Assembly (NCBI GenBank): GCA_001179505.1
Contig: CDMY01000495.1
Span: forward strand, 1,257-65,256
Direction: 5' to 3'
Source: Vitrella brassicaformis CCMP3155
Lineage: Eukaryota; Protista; Chromerida
DNA length: 64,000 nucleotides
Part shown: positions 24,666-38,700 of the stretch, one piece after another
Numbering within the stretch: position 1 is the first letter of the stretch
Layout of the letters: each line of letters opens with the position of its first letter
Made by a program: the position numbers and the translations under genes
Notes under the pieces: model-generated
The model's database searches: none
What the model was told of the DNA's origin: nothing
Seen by the model: only the letters and a program-made list of their open reading frames with translations

Positions 24666-26371
24666 CAGTGTGTTGGATGTGTCGGACAACCAGATCGACG
24701 ACCCCGCCATACTGGATGAGGTGCTCGTAGACATGCCCGCACTCACTGTCCTCTACCTCAAGGGCAACCCGGTGGTACGCCACACAACCATATTACCCAC
24801 CCTGTCCTGGGATCCACTCACTCCACAATGGAATAATGAGGTGTGGCTGACTTGTTTGTGTGTTGTGGTGTTTAGGTGAAGCGCATCCCCAACTACCGCA
24901 AGACGGTCATCAACACGCTCAAGAATCTCAGATACCTCGACGACAGACCCGTATTCCCGGACGACAGACGGTCAGGGCAGTGAGTGAATGACGTTCGTTG
25001 CACTTTGCTTGTCTGTGTGCCTGACTGACTGGCTGACTGACTGCTTTCCATGCAGCTGTGCTGAGGCGTTTTGCCGCGGCGGTTTCCCCGAGGAGCGTCA
25101 GGAGCGGCGCATCATACAGGAGGAGAAAAGGGACGAGCAGAAGCGCAACCACGACGGTCGGGCACCCACACACCCACATAAAGAGAGAGGGACAGCCGTC
25201 CTTTGTTTCATGGCTCTCTGTCTGTCTGTGTACGCCTATTTGTCTGTGTATGTGTGTGGATGCGCAGCGTTTCGGCGCTTGATTCAGGAGGCGCGTCAGG
25301 AGAAGGCGGAGCGTGACAAGATGGAGGCCGAGGACGACCCACAACTCGCCATACACGAGCACTGGAGACAGAAGGAGAAACGACGGTAGGAACGCCAGCC
25401 GACCTTCCCATGCATGTACCGTACCGTAACCGCACTCGAATGTCCATCTCTCTCTCCTTGTGTGTGTCAGATACTATGACGAGGAGGAAGACAGCGACCA
25501 GGAGAGAGAGCAACACTTTAGGTATATAGCCCCCTCTCACCCTCTCAGTGACAATTGTACCACTGCCTCCCCCTCTCTCTCTCTCTCTCTCTGTCCATGC
25601 AGAGGTGTGGCCCAGGACATCCAGCAGCAGGAGCAGAATCATCATCACCACAATGACGGCATCTACGCCGAGCGCCGGCCGTCTGCCCTCTCCCGCCACT
25701 CCACCGACCTGCCCGGCAGCTGCAGCGAGCGGGCCAACACGCGAGAAGACTTCGACGACACCGAGAGCGCCTTACGCGCCCAGCAGACGGTGCAGTCATT
25801 CTCATTCGCAGGGCCGCAGCAGGACGAGAAGCAGCAATCGGGAAGCAAGGGTGGAGAAGGGGAACGAGATGACATCTGGGGAGAGGGGGATGGGGAGGGC
25901 GAGGGTCCGGAGAGAGGGGAGGAGAAGCCCACCAAGATTGCCATTGTGGAGGAGGAGGAGGAGGACAGTGCTGATGAAGGTGAGGAGGGCGAGAAGGACC
26001 TCCCGCCCATGGAGAGATTCGAAGAAGACCAAGGAGACAACGGGCCTCCTCCCCTGATCGATAACAAGCGAGATGCAGACACCAAGACAGAGACAGAGCA
26101 TCAGGGGGCCAAGAAGGCCAAGCCATCACCAGCACCAGCACCAGCACCAGCACCAGCGCCATCCTCCTCCTTCTACGAGCACCCCTTCATCCCATGGGCC
26201 AGCCATGACGACCCCAAGGACAAGGACAAGGACACGGACAAGTGCAGCACGACGGCCATGCCGGCCCCGTCGGCCGAGGCCATGGGGCGCAAGGTAGTGC
26301 AGACCATACAGAAGGACAAGGAGGGAGGGGGGGAGCAGGGGGATGGCAAGAGCATGGAGGCTCTTGACTAG
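23865..26371 (+). CDS. DNAAF1: Dynein axonemal assembly factor 1 (LRRC50/ODA7) LRR protein
   Basis: [41 protein letters not shown]22-type LRRs, [35 protein letters not shown], coiled coil and acidic tail. An N gap lies just upstream, so the start is uncertain. Confidence 0.9.
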
Positions 26372-27127
26372 CTAGGCTCACTCGTCAAACGATGCGTGTG
26401 GATGTGGTGTGGGGTGGGTTGGGCGGGGCGGGGCGGGGCGGCAGGCTTCGTACTTACATACGCATGAGGGAGGGGAGGAGTGTGTGTCTGTGTCGCTTTC
26501 AACGGCAGGTACATGACGCACCCAATGAATGTGCACTACGTATTGGAGTGGGGTGGGTGGGGTGAGAGACAGGTACACGACATGGGCATGTTTTCGGCCT
26601 ACGCATAGATAGCATATGCCCACCACTCATCCAATCCACCATTCATTCATTCAAAGCGATCGTTCGACCGGTCCTGCATGTGTTGTGTGTCCGCACCCAC
26701 CACAGATGAGATGCCCACACACGCCCACGTCCGTCGGACATGGGCGGTCGTAGGGGGCGGCACGGCAGACTCTCTCCTCCCTACTCTTGTACTACCTGAC
26801 CTGACTGACACCATTATACGATCCATCCATCCATCCATCAACGGCACATAGCTCACACACACAGACACAAAGCACTCACCGTCCCCATCGATGCATTCCA
26901 TCATCGCACATGCGCTTCGGTCATTACAGTCAATCAATCACGTCACCTCACCCACGCGTGCACGCACAAACCTCTTTCTTGACCGAGGCGGCGAAAAAGG
27001 ACAACGGGACAAGGGAGCAGCCAAACACACGGCAGACAGACAGACAGACATACAGACAGACAATCGGAGAGGGGCGGACCGGCCTAAGGGCTAAAGCAAG
27101 CAGCGCCTGTGTGGTGTGTTGGTCGGT

Positions 27128-28527
27128 CTACTCGCCACAGCAGACCTCCACTGCCTTCTTGGGTGAGTCTTTGGGCTTGACGTTGACTTCGATGGCCTTG
27201 ACCTTGCCGCCCCTCTCGATGATCACGTGAGACCTGTCGACAAACACCCCGACACACACCATCAACATGGCGTGGGTGTGGGCGGTGGTGGGTGGGGACT
27301 TACCGCTTGATGCTCTTCGGTGCCTTGAGGACACCGAACGACTTGAGGACCTCTGTCGTTCCACACAGCAGGGAGTAGGGCAGGTCGATCTTCTCGTGCC
27401 AGTTGGACTGTAACAAACACACACACACAACACGCAGGAGAGAGGAGGTGAGTATCGTCGCCCCCCTCCCTCTCTCTCTCTCTCTCTCTACCTGTGCCTT
27501 GGTTTTGTCGAGTGACATGCCGAAGACCTCGAAGCCCGCCTCGCCCAGCTGCTCGTACACCTCCGCAAACCCCTTGGCCTGAAGCAACCAACACACACCC
27601 ATTAGGTGCACTTCACGTGCACACGGATGGATGGATGAATGGATGGATGGGTGGCCAGCCATCCATCGCAGGTCAGTTAGGTACCTTACCTGTGTGGTGC
27701 ATCCGCCAGTGTTGGCCTTGGGGTAGAAGAAAATGATGACGCCCTTGTCCTTGTACACGTCACTCAGCTTCACTTTCTCGCCCGAGTGGTCATCCTGACA
27801 CAGAGAGACAGAGAGAGCACCGAGGCGCAGAGGACGTCAGTGCACTCGTCCGTCTGTATGGTTGCTGTGTCGTGTCGTCTTGCATTGGGGTGGGCGAACC
27901 AGCTCAAAATCGGGTGCCGTCTGGCCGACGAGGTCGCCTTCCGCCTCTTCCTCCTCCTCGTCGTCAGCAGCTGCCGCGGCGGCCGGCTCAGCCTTCTTCT
28001 TGGGCCTGCCCTTCTTCTTGGGGGGCTCCTTGACCTCCTCCTCCTCCTCTGCTGACATGGACACCACAGCACACACATCACATGCAGGTCAGGTGCGGGA
28101 GAGAGAGATCTGCAGATAGATCTGCGGCACACAGATCCGCTGCGTTCGTCGGTATGCTGACCGTGCTCGTCTTCCTGGTCGTGTTCCTCCTCGTCGTCAT
28201 GGTGGTCCTCCTCCTCCTCAGGCTCGGCGGCCTTCTTCTTTGCCGCCGCCTTCCTCTTCTGCTTCGGTGCCTGGTGGACACGCACGACACAGACACATCA
28301 CAGGCAGTGGAAGATCCTGACCCCCGCGACCTCCCCCGAATGCATCCCGGGCGTGTGTGAGCCTGCGAGGCTGAGAGCCTACCATATTTGAGCCGCCTCG
28401 CTAGGGTGCGGACGTCGCGAACGAGCGTGTCGACAAAGGCGCGGGCAGACCAGCCCTCAGCCCACTGGGAGAACAGTGCGAAGCCCGCGTACGCAATTAC
28501 CGTCCAGAACGCCGCGTGGAACACCAT
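27128..28527 (-). CDS. Peroxiredoxin Q/BCP (Dot5-like) with an acidic/basic N-terminal extension; start uncertain (28527 or 28345)
   Basis: GQTAPDFEL-DDHSGEKVKLSD..IFFYPKANTGGCTTQ..FEVFGMSLD..LPYSLL..IKRSHVII. Confidence 0.88.
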
Positions 28528-28603
28528 GCGCGCTTGCAGTCTCCAGGTGGGGGCCCTGGGGGCCTTTTAAGACGGGGAATTCTCCTCCGAGTCGCCAGCA
28601 GAG

Positions 28604-31288
28604 ATGGCGTCGAAGCTTTCTTTCGCTGCCTTGCTGGCGGCTTTCCTGGCGTGCGTGAGGAGTGCCGCGGGTTTTCACTTCACGACTGAGTCGCGTGCGC
28701 TGCGTGAGCTGCTGAGGACTCGAGGGCTGCAGCCAGGGTTCGGGGGCTACCAGGACTCAATACACCCTTGCATGTGAGCACACAACACGCGAGGAGAGAG
28801 GGAGTGGCGCGGGAGTGCGGGAGACAGGGTCGTGGAGGCTCGGTGTCTTTGGTTGGCACCTGGTTGTCTCCCTGCCCCGTTTTGGTTGCTTGCTTCCCTT
28901 CTTCAGAGACCCACGTGTGCTGCCGCCCAAGTTCATCTATGACGGGGAAGAGTACAGATTCGACCTCGTAAGACAGACCACATAGTGCACGTACACACAT
29001 CACATTCTATCCTCTGGCCCTCACTGCTGTCTCTCATTCCATTCTCATTCTAAATGCAGGTGATCAACGAGTCCTTCAGCTGCCACTTCCCCGCCGGAGG
29101 TCGGCACATTCACTCACTCACTCAGCCAGCCAGCCAGCCAGCCTCATACCATGCTTCTCCTCTCCCTGCATGTGATAGACTGCCAGCAGGACCCCGAGTA
29201 CCACCACTTGCTGCAGACGTTCCACCTGGGCGACGCGGGCAGGGCGGCCTCGTCATACCATCGCAAATGCGTCACCGGTGAGGGAGAGGGAGGGAGGGGG
29301 AGAGAGGGGGGGGAGAGACACAGCATGGCATGCTGCTGGCAGAATGGGACATCTGACTGGCTGGCTGATGTGCTGTGGTGTGCTGCAGTGGACACCAAGA
29401 TAGAGGCGTTCAGATTTTCAATGGGTAGGCATGAGTCAACGAATGAGGTCAGGGGAGGAAGGAGGAAGGATCGGCTCTCTTTGTGTGTGTTGTGACGGGA
29501 CGTGACGGACCATTCCTTCCTTCAGACATCGACCTGCACTGTGCGGGCGTCAAGGTACGTGGCCATGTGTCTTTGTGCTACTGGACGGATGGATGGATGT
29601 GTGTTGTGTGCGTGTCGGTTCCTTCCTTACAGACAGCGAATGACAGTTTGGTGACGTGTCGCGACATCGAGCAGTACTACCACCAGACGTTCAACCTTCT
29701 CTCCCACTGCGACAACGACAACAACCTCATCGTCGGCTTCTGCTCATACGCCTGCATGCAAGGTCAGTGAGTGAGGTCCGCACGACCCACACGTGATGGA
29801 TGTGTGTCGTCGTGTCTCTCTGTTAACGACTTGGCGGATGATGCAGACATTCCGGTGAGCCGCCGAGAGACAGACAGAGAGAGAGAGAGAGAGTTTGTCA
29901 GTGTGTGGCCAAGAGAGAGACTCTGAGAGATCTTGTTGTTTGTCCTTTGCCGGCTTGTTTGCTTGGCTTGCTGGCTGCGTGTGCAGACGTATCACTGTGT
30001 GGTGGAGTTCGATCGCACCGGCAGCTATAACTTCGCGGAGGAGCCCATTATCGGATGTACACTCGCACCCCACCACAAGCACACACACATATACCGAAGG
30101 AAGACGGCTGCCTCTGCGCCGGTCTTGTTTATTGTTCAGGCGGCTGGTGTCAGAACTGCTCCAAGGACGGCGGAACAGGTGGGAAGAGAAAGTGACTGAC
30201 TCCAAGCAGTGCGCGACCCGAGATTGGATGAGTGGGTGTCGTGTCGTGTGTCGATTCACGCCTATGCAGAATACAACTTCTTGGCCTGTGCCGGCCTGCC
30301 GCCAGACGTACGAGCTCGCCTCCCCCCCCCCCCNNNNNNNNNNNNNNNNNNNNNNNNNNNNNNNNNNNNNNNNNNNNNNNNNNNNNNNNNNNNNNNNNNN
30401 NNNNNNNNNNNNNNNNNNNNNNNNNNNNNNNNNNNNNNNNNNNNNNNNNNNNNNNNNNNNNNNNNNNNNNNNNNNNNNNNNNNNNNNNNNNNNNNNNNNN
30501 NNNNNNNNNNNNNNNNNNNNNNNNNNNNNNNNNNNNNNNNNNNNNNNNNNNNNNNNNNNNNNNNNNNNNNNNNNNNNNNNNNNNNNNNNNNNNNNNNNNN
30601 NNNNNNNNNNNNNNNNNNNNNNNNNNNNNNNNNACACACGCACACAGGGATAGATAATGGGATGGACGTCTCTCTCTCTCCCTCTCTCCCCTGTGTGTGT
30701 CCTTTCTTTGGCTGGCAGGGCTCCCGTGTCGGCCGAGGAGCCAGGTCCGATTGTGCAGTCGTCAGGGAGGGAGGTGGACCCCGGTCCTGGCTCGGGGGGC
30801 GGCAGCGAGCCGGAGCCCACCACGACTGTCACGAAGCGTGACAAGCGTGCGGTGCAGCGGCTGTCGCTGCTGCTCCTCGCCGTCACGGCGCTATTCCTCA
30901 TCTCTTTTGGGGCCGCCATCTACCAGTCCGGTATGTATGTATATGTGCCTGCCTGCCTGGTGCTGTGCCGACAATAACTGCAGTGTGTGTCTGTTCTGTG
31001 TGTATTATAGTGTTGTTGCGGCGCGCGAAGCGACAGATGACGCAAGGCACCTTCCAAAACGATGGACCATTCGGTGCGCATCGTGTGTGCATTCTGCACA
31101 TGTCATGTCTCTTCTCACCGCTACTGCGTGTGGGTGGGGTGGTCTTTGTTTGCCTGTCTGCAGGCGGCGTACAAGTATTCGGCCGTGCGAGCAACGAGGA
31201 CCTGTCTGCGCCGCCAGCCAAGCCCTCATCGTCAGGGACGGCCGCGGCAGCATCAGGGGCGCCATCCAAGACTGTCGAAATGTGCTGA
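28604..31288 (+). CDS. Hypothetical type I membrane protein with a Cys-containing ectodomain
   Basis: Signal peptide MASKLSFAALLAAFLACVRSAAG; many short in-phase exons; single TM (LSLLLLAVTALFLISFGAAIY) followed by LRRAKR; contains an N gap. Confidence 0.7.
30334..30633. other. Assembly gap (300 N)
   Basis: N run preceded by a poly-C tract. Confidence 1.
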
Positions 31289-31895
31289 GCTGAGGCCAAC
31301 GACCTAATATTATAGCAGTGCATGTGTGTGTGGGGGAGGGGTGGGAGAGGGGGAGGGGAGGCGGGGGCGCTGCCAAAGGCAGCACGCATTAAATTTTTGC
31401 GAGGGGTGGAAGCGAACAAAGGCACACACAGGATTCTCGTCTCCGTGTATGGTATGGGTGTGTGTGAGTGTGTGTGTGTAGTGAGACTTTGTCTGTGACA
31501 TAGACGCGCTCACACGCTTATCCATCCATCCATCCATCCATCCATCCGTTCTTGGGTGTAGCATCCTTTTGTGTCAAAGAAGAGCATTTCAATCCAATGT
31601 TGCGTGCGTGCGTGTGTGTGTCTCTGTGGGGGTGGGTGCATGTGTGTGTGTGTCTGTCTGTCTGCCTGTCAGTCTGGATCGACTTTACACGTACGCACCA
31701 CATCAGATGCTGCATGTATTTTTGAAGTGATTGGCTGCGCTGACGGTCCACTCACTCCTCATGTAAGTACGTAACCACTCGCTGGCTGGCTGACGCATAT
31801 CTATCTATCGTGGCAGCACTACGCACCTCACCTCCCTATGTCTCGAGCACATGCACACACGCACCGGGACACCAGCGCCACCACAGCACTGCACC

Positions 31896-33930
31896 TCATG
31901 CAGGGGGCGACCCACTGAGCTCTCTGGGTCCACCCCGTGCCATCATGCCGGTGCGTGCCATGGTGCCCTGAGCCAGCTGCCCCACTGAGTGCGACAGCTG
32001 GGAGAAGAAGCCCGGCCCTCTTGGTGAAGCCAGGGCGGCCCCTTCCTGTGACAGCTGGCCCTTTCTGTCGACCAGCTCCTTGAGGTCGTCGATGGAGATC
32101 TCGCCGTCGCCCGTCTTGTCGAAGTGCTGGAATGTCTTGTGGATCTTGTCCAGGTCGTCCTTGTCCACCTAACACACAGACACAAACGTGTGTGCCCTCC
32201 GTCTGTCAGCCGGTCAAGCCACCCCCCACCAGTCTGGTCTTTTCGAGCATGTAGATGAGGAACTCGGCTCCCGATATGGCCCCGCTGCCGTCCTTATCTA
32301 TCGCTATCAACCTGTCCACACACACATGCGCGGGGCTATATGTATCCTCGCCTGATGGATGGATGGATGGCCTGCCTGACTACCTACCTACCTTTCAAGT
32401 GTGAGTGCCTTGGCGTAGAAGCGCTCCCTCTCTGCCCGCAGCCGGCTGTCCACAATCTGCTTCGTCACCTGCACCCATCCATATCAACACACGAGACACT
32501 ACAGATTCGTTCTGAATCGGGACCCTTGTGTGTGCGCACAACGTGCCTGTCCGATGACATTTGACGTCATGATGACGCCGATGAAAACGTACAGGGTGCA
32601 CACCATCTTGATGTACTCACCAGACGGCGTCAGATCTGCATGAAAGGGCGCGGCGCCCGTGGGTAGGTGGTATGCGCCGGGCAACATAGGATGTGTGTGC
32701 TGACCTCCGTATCCCACAGAAGTGATGGTGACGGTGCAGAAGTAGAGGCCCTCGAGGAACGTCCAGCCCTCAAAGTAGCTGAAAAAGAACTGCAATCAAG
32801 GCAGAGAGGGAACAAAGCAACCACGGCTGGATGGATGGCTTCGGGCCACATGGTGTGGCGTGTTGGTCGTGTCTGTCTGTACCGCTCCACTGAGGAGGAA
32901 GAGCACTATCTTGGTGAGAGAGACGGTGATCTTGAAGTACTGCCGCGTCTCATTATCCTGACGTCCCGTTATCGACAACACAGAACAAACATTCAGTGCA
33001 GAGCTTTGTCCCTCTCCTCGCTCGCCTCTCCCGGCCGACCATTATAGCGGCGGCGGCGGCGCCCAGCAGCTCCTCCTCTCTGTCCTCCATTGCCTTGGCC
33101 GTCACGTGCCCCACAGCGAATGAGATCAGCCCCATGCTCATCCAGATGTATGCGACGGTGAAGCCTTGCATGGCCGCTGAGGTCGGCAGCAGGTCCCCGT
33201 AGCCAACAGTAGTCACTGGAGGGGAGGGAGGCAGCAACCAACACAACCAGCAGACACGCAGACACGTAAGCTGCGTGTATGCAGCCAGCAAGACACAGCT
33301 TACTTGTCACCTGACAAACATAAGAAAGGAAAGAGCCGGTGGTTGTGTTTGTGTTTGCGTGTGCTTACTGCACAGAAATAGAGGGCGTCAACGATACTCC
33401 AGCCCTCCACAATGCGATACACAATGGCACTGCACACACGCACGGACACGCACAGGTGCGCAAACTGACAGACAGGGGCATTCATTGCATTCCGTCCTCT
33501 CCTTCTCTCCCTTTAGCCTTTTCCTCACCCACCCACCCAATGAGGTAGTGTGCGAAGAAGAGGACGGTCATCCACCCGATAAACGACGCTGACTCGGTAT
33601 CGGACTGCGCACACACGGACGGGAGAACAAACACCGCACACAAAGATAGAAGAGAGAGTGATGGATGCACCATTGCCATATTCTTCCAGCAGTTTTTCAT
33701 TGCAGACGTGCCTCAAATTCCTCCACATGGCCCCTGCCGCCGCCCGAGGTTGGTTGCGCCACAGGAGCGGCCGGCTGGCCCTCCTCCAGCCGGCCATCCT
33801 CTACTCTGTTGGTGGTGCCGGCCTCGTTGTGATGTGGCCTTGGGTGTGATGGTGGCGGGACGCTGCCGTAGCCGCCTGGGCCTGTGGTGGACGCTCCTTG
33901 GGAGTATAGATCTCTTCTGCATGACCTCAA
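31896..33930 (-). CDS. Two-pore-domain K+ channel, plant TPK/KCO-like, with two EF-hands; 5' end uncertain
   Basis: Pore 1 EGWSIVDALYFCAVTVTTVGYGD; pore 2 EGWTFLEGLYFCTVTITSVGYGD; EF-hands DKDGSGAISGAEF and DKTGDGEISIDDL. Confidence 0.9.
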
Positions 33931-35714
33931 TTCTGAGTTTACAATTGCCTGCGACGCCCGTCCATTCCGCGGTCAAAAACTCGCACAGACTAGCTAGCTG
34001 ACTGAGATCAATCATGGCAGACGCACACGTACACACATCCACACATCCACATATGTATATGGACGTCCATGGATCGCCATGGATATTGATTCCTGCCAGC
34101 CCACCTAAAGAGGGAGAGAGGGCACGGCAGGCACATAAGAGACAGACACGCCACATTCCACCGAGCGCCTCGACAAAACACGAATTACGTCTCTCTCTCT
34201 CTGTCTTCCATCCATCCATCCATCGTGATACGACACGTCATCACACACTCCACTCAGTAGCCAGCTGGCTATATCTGTGAGTGGAGAGAGTGGATGGGAC
34301 AATCGCAATCGCATGCACAGTGTGTGTCTGTCGGGATGCGATGCCTCGTGTGTGTCTCATTCGCTGGCCGCATCGCCTGCCTGGCCTGCCTGCACTGCAC
34401 AGGCCCTCTGGCCTGGCTCGGCTCATCTGACCAGCCAGCCACGCAAGAGGCTCATGCCTAGCCTACATCATACAGAAGAATGGATAATTAGCGCCTGCCT
34501 GCCTGCCGCCTTCTGTCCTCTCTGCACGCGCTGTCAGGCGACCAACAGATATTGGATTAGATAGTGACACGACATCATCACACACACACACACACATATA
34601 TGCACACGCATGCCATGCACACCAACAGGTACGATGGACAGATGAGATGGAGACACAAATGCAGGCAGGTTGGGTTACCTATACACATACACACACACCA
34701 GACAAGCGCACAGAGAGAGCGAGAGGGGTCTGGTGGGTGGTGGGGAGGGGTGGGGTGGGGAGGGGCAGAGAAAGAGATTACACCTACGATCACAGAACAA
34801 AGGACGGAGCCATGGCACGATAGAGATAAAGGTAACAAACAGACAGACAGACAGACAGACAGCTAGTGGGAGCGAGCGATCGTGGCGTGTTGCTTCGACC
34901 ATCAGCACACGACTTCCCTCAGCCCATTCCGCATCATCGCGCGCATTGGTACGCATCACACAGTACACGACACGCAGCTCTGTGTGCAGGGAGGGAGGGA
35001 GGGAGAAAGCTATGGCCGGACGTATCGTATGCATCAGGACGACTCGCACAGCCCAGAGCAGGTCAAGGCAGGTCAGAGCAGAGCAGAGACGAAGGGGAAG
35101 AAAAAAGCCCAACAAGCCATCCATTCCAATCAGGCGCAATCCAATCGGTGAGAGCACACACGCGACACCAGGCAGGCAGGCAGGCAGGCAGGCAGAGGCA
35201 AGCAAAAAGGCAGACGGTCGGCACACACGCACGCACATACACACACACATACACACGCACTGCAGGACACACCCAAACCTCTCCTGCCCGGTCGGCACCC
35301 GGCTGCTGCTACTGTATGACACATCACACAGGCAAGACATATCAAACCTCAGACAGACAGACAGACAGACAAAGCAAAGCAGACAAACAAGCAGGCAGTA
35401 TAGGCAAGAGAAACACAGGGGCTTCACCAGTGAGGTGGCGGGGGGGCTGGCGGGCAACACCGCACCGCAAACCGTCAAAACCCCACAGGTCACATCACGT
35501 CACGTCACGTCACTGAGACACATTTAGGTAGACGAATGCATCAGCCATGACATCAAGGCATATAATCTGACTGCATTGACAAAAGGCCACCCCAGCACAC
35601 GAAAGGACCGGACCCAACACACATAAATATATACACCAGCCAATGCCGTGTGCATGCCATGTGCATACCAATATTGCACTACCGATGCCCACCCCCACCG
35701 CGCCGCCCCATCAC

Positions 35715-38700
35715 TCACACGAGCAGCCGCCTCCGTGAGTGTGTCTCGCTCTTGCTGTGCGACGACTGCCTCACCAGCCGCCCCCCCTTGACAGTGTACC
35801 CCGCGGGCATCGAGGGAAACTTCGACAGACCCTCAGGGCCGTACACCCTCACCTCAAAGATGCGCGCCTGGTCGATGCCGTTGGCAGACCGCACGAAGAT
35901 CCGCACCGCCTTGACGCCCTCCCCGGATGTGTCGGCCTGCCGCACTTCTGCGGCCACGTTGTGCGACCTCTTGCGCAGGTAGTTGCCTTCGATCTGGGCG
36001 ACCGTCCGCCACATGTCGGGGCTGTCGCTGGCGAGCTGCACCTGGATGTCGTAGTTCTGGACTGTCTCGGGCTGTGGGCGGCCCCACACCTTTTGGCAAT
36101 GGCAAATACACACACAAGCGTTGCTTTGCTTTGATGGGAGGGAGGGAGGGGTCAGCTTGCTGCGTCTTGTCGTGTGTGTCAGTTACCATGCGGTTCATGT
36201 CGCTGAGTTTCTGCGACATCATCAGAGTGCGGTGCATGCCCGTGTCAAAGACCAGCTCAACCTGCACACACACAAACAAAAGACGACAGAGTAGTATTTA
36301 TTACACATGTGTGTCATGTCACCCGACTGCCCCTTTATTCACCATACCAGAGTGAGGTCCTTGATGGGTGTTGTCCACTTGAGTGCGATCCAGGCGGGCA
36401 GCTCAGCACTGACCCACCGGTTGATGTTGTCGATTCGCTGAGAAGCGTGCACACCGCCGTCGCCAAACACGGCGCGCGTCTGACCTGTCAACACCTGCAC
36501 CACCACCACACCGCACCACCACACGATACATGTACCGTAGCGCTGTGATGTGTAGGCCCATGATGGGCGTGGCACAGACCTGCACGGCGCTTCCGTTGTA
36601 GGTGCCGTTGCTCCACTCGGACGAGGCGGTGACCTCACTGGCCTTCAGGGCATAGTCCCGCGGGTCTTCATTGTACATGCCGATGATGTACTGGTCGTCA
36701 CGCAACAGCTGCTGCTGGATGCTCCACACAGCAGCTGCAACCAACATCACAGCACGCACACACACACGGGGGTCACCCGCCCCTCTCTCCCCTTCTTGTC
36801 GAATTGTTACCAGGGTTTCTGGTGATGTCCTTGGGGTCGATGCCGTTGATGGCGCAGTAGGCCGCAGCGGTGCCTGCCGCCTGGCCGATCGCCGCGCAGG
36901 TCTTCATGACTCTCTGGCTGCCGAATACCACGTGGGAGAACGACGCCAAACGGCCCGCCAGCATCAGGTTAGTCGCGTTCAGGGCCACAAGAGATCGGAG
37001 AGGGGTGCTGCAAACCAAACCAAACCACACCCAATACACCCAAATGATGGGTGCCCATCGTTCTTTGCAGACATCGCTCTGACCGAGACAGACGCACCTG
37101 TACATCCATGGCAGGTAGTAGGATGCGTACGCAGCCGAGTGCGTGTCGAGGATGCCCTTGATGGAGTGCAGGTCGAGGTTCCACCCCCCGTGGCTGACAC
37201 GGTCCCAGTAGAGCGTGGGCGCTGGCACACTCGACGGCTCCGCCAACGGGTCGGGCAGAATGTCGTTCTGCGTCATGATATACTGACCACGGAATCGCCG
37301 ACCTGCACAGATAGATACCACACACACACAGAGGGGACCAATCCAACCGCGTCGGCATCAAGGCGACGTCCGTGTGAGGAGGGTCGGTCTTTCTCACCTT
37401 CTCGCTTGCAGGGCCACCACTCGAGCCAATCGAGGCCGAGGTTCTCCGCCTCCGGGAACTTGCCGCTGTTCTTAATGTAGTCCCATGTGCCCAGGACGCT
37501 CTCCATCAGCCGGTCGCGGACCATCTCGTTGTCGCGTATCATGTTATACGGCCACGCGACCTCTATGAACCAGTAGCCGTAGTCAATGTTGTTCGAGCGG
37601 ATGGGCCGGAACTCCCAGTCGCTGTCGTTGTACTTGGTCGCCCACCTTGGCGGTGTGAACTTCATCGGCCGGCCGTAGTTCTTGCTCGTGAAGGCTAGGG
37701 AGCTGCCCATGGTCTCGTTGTCGTCGTGCAGGTCGGCCAGGGACTCGTTGAAAGTGTCCTTGCCCTCCCGGCCAATTATGTAAGGGACGTCCGCCTCGGC
37801 GCCCAGTCGACCGTCCCCCGTCGCGTCGATGAACACCTTGGCCGTCACGATGTACTGCAGCTGCGCCTCCTGGTTCTCCGCCAGCACCTCAGTGACCGTC
37901 CAGTCCTTCCCGTCCTCTGACGGCACCTTGGTGGCGCCGATGACCCACGTGTTGAGGAGCAGCGTGCAGTTGTCCCGCTCGCGGAAGAAGTCGTAGAGAG
38001 TGAGGTCGTGGAGCGAGGCGGCGCGCTGCGGATTGTCGACGGAGTTCTGCAAAGTGTACTCCTCAATGATGCCGCCCTCACGGGCTTCCGACTCCCACTC
38101 GACGCCCCGGTGGCCCTCGCGGTCGGCGCCCACGGGATGCAGCTTCGACTCAGAAGACATGTTGCCACCCAACACACCTCTGTCAGAAAGAGAGGAAGTC
38201 AAAGCAACCGGTGTGTCAATCGTGTCGGTTAATTGTCTCTCCCCTCTGGGTGTGGTATGCGTACCTTCCTTGGATGATGACGGTCTTGGCTCCGCTGCGC
38301 GCGGCAGCGAGGGCAGCGGCACTGCCTGCCGAGCCGCCGCCAGCCACCACCACATCGGCCTCCAAGCGACGCGTCAGCACACCCTTGCCGACCGGATCAT
38401 CTGCAGCAGGCATTTGATACACAGACACAGACACATCGAGGATGGGCCGATGCCGTGCTGCCCTGCCCTGCCGTGTGTACCTTCTGTGTTCCTGGGGCTT
38501 TCCCCCGGCTGTAGTGCCTTGGTCAGAATGGTGGCGTCGGGCCTCATGAACGGGTCATTCCCCGCGTCCCATTGCTCGACGCCGTCCCATTGCTGGTCAT
38601 CCTCCTTGACCTCCTCCTGTTAGTTACAGCAAATCAATCAAAGCAGCACCACACCGTACCCATTAGTTTAGTCCCTCTGCCGCGCTTGTCCAGCCCCCCC

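Noticed and set aside
29744-30919. Long ORFs spanning N runs (also 23304-24200, 38572-39271, 3535-4110)
   Set aside because: Their length is an artefact of translating through 300-N gaps.
34564-35527. Overlapping 216-285 aa ORFs on both strands
   Set aside because: They are built from (CA)n/(CAGA)n/(GGCA)n microsatellites that lack stops; no splice-consistent coding signal.
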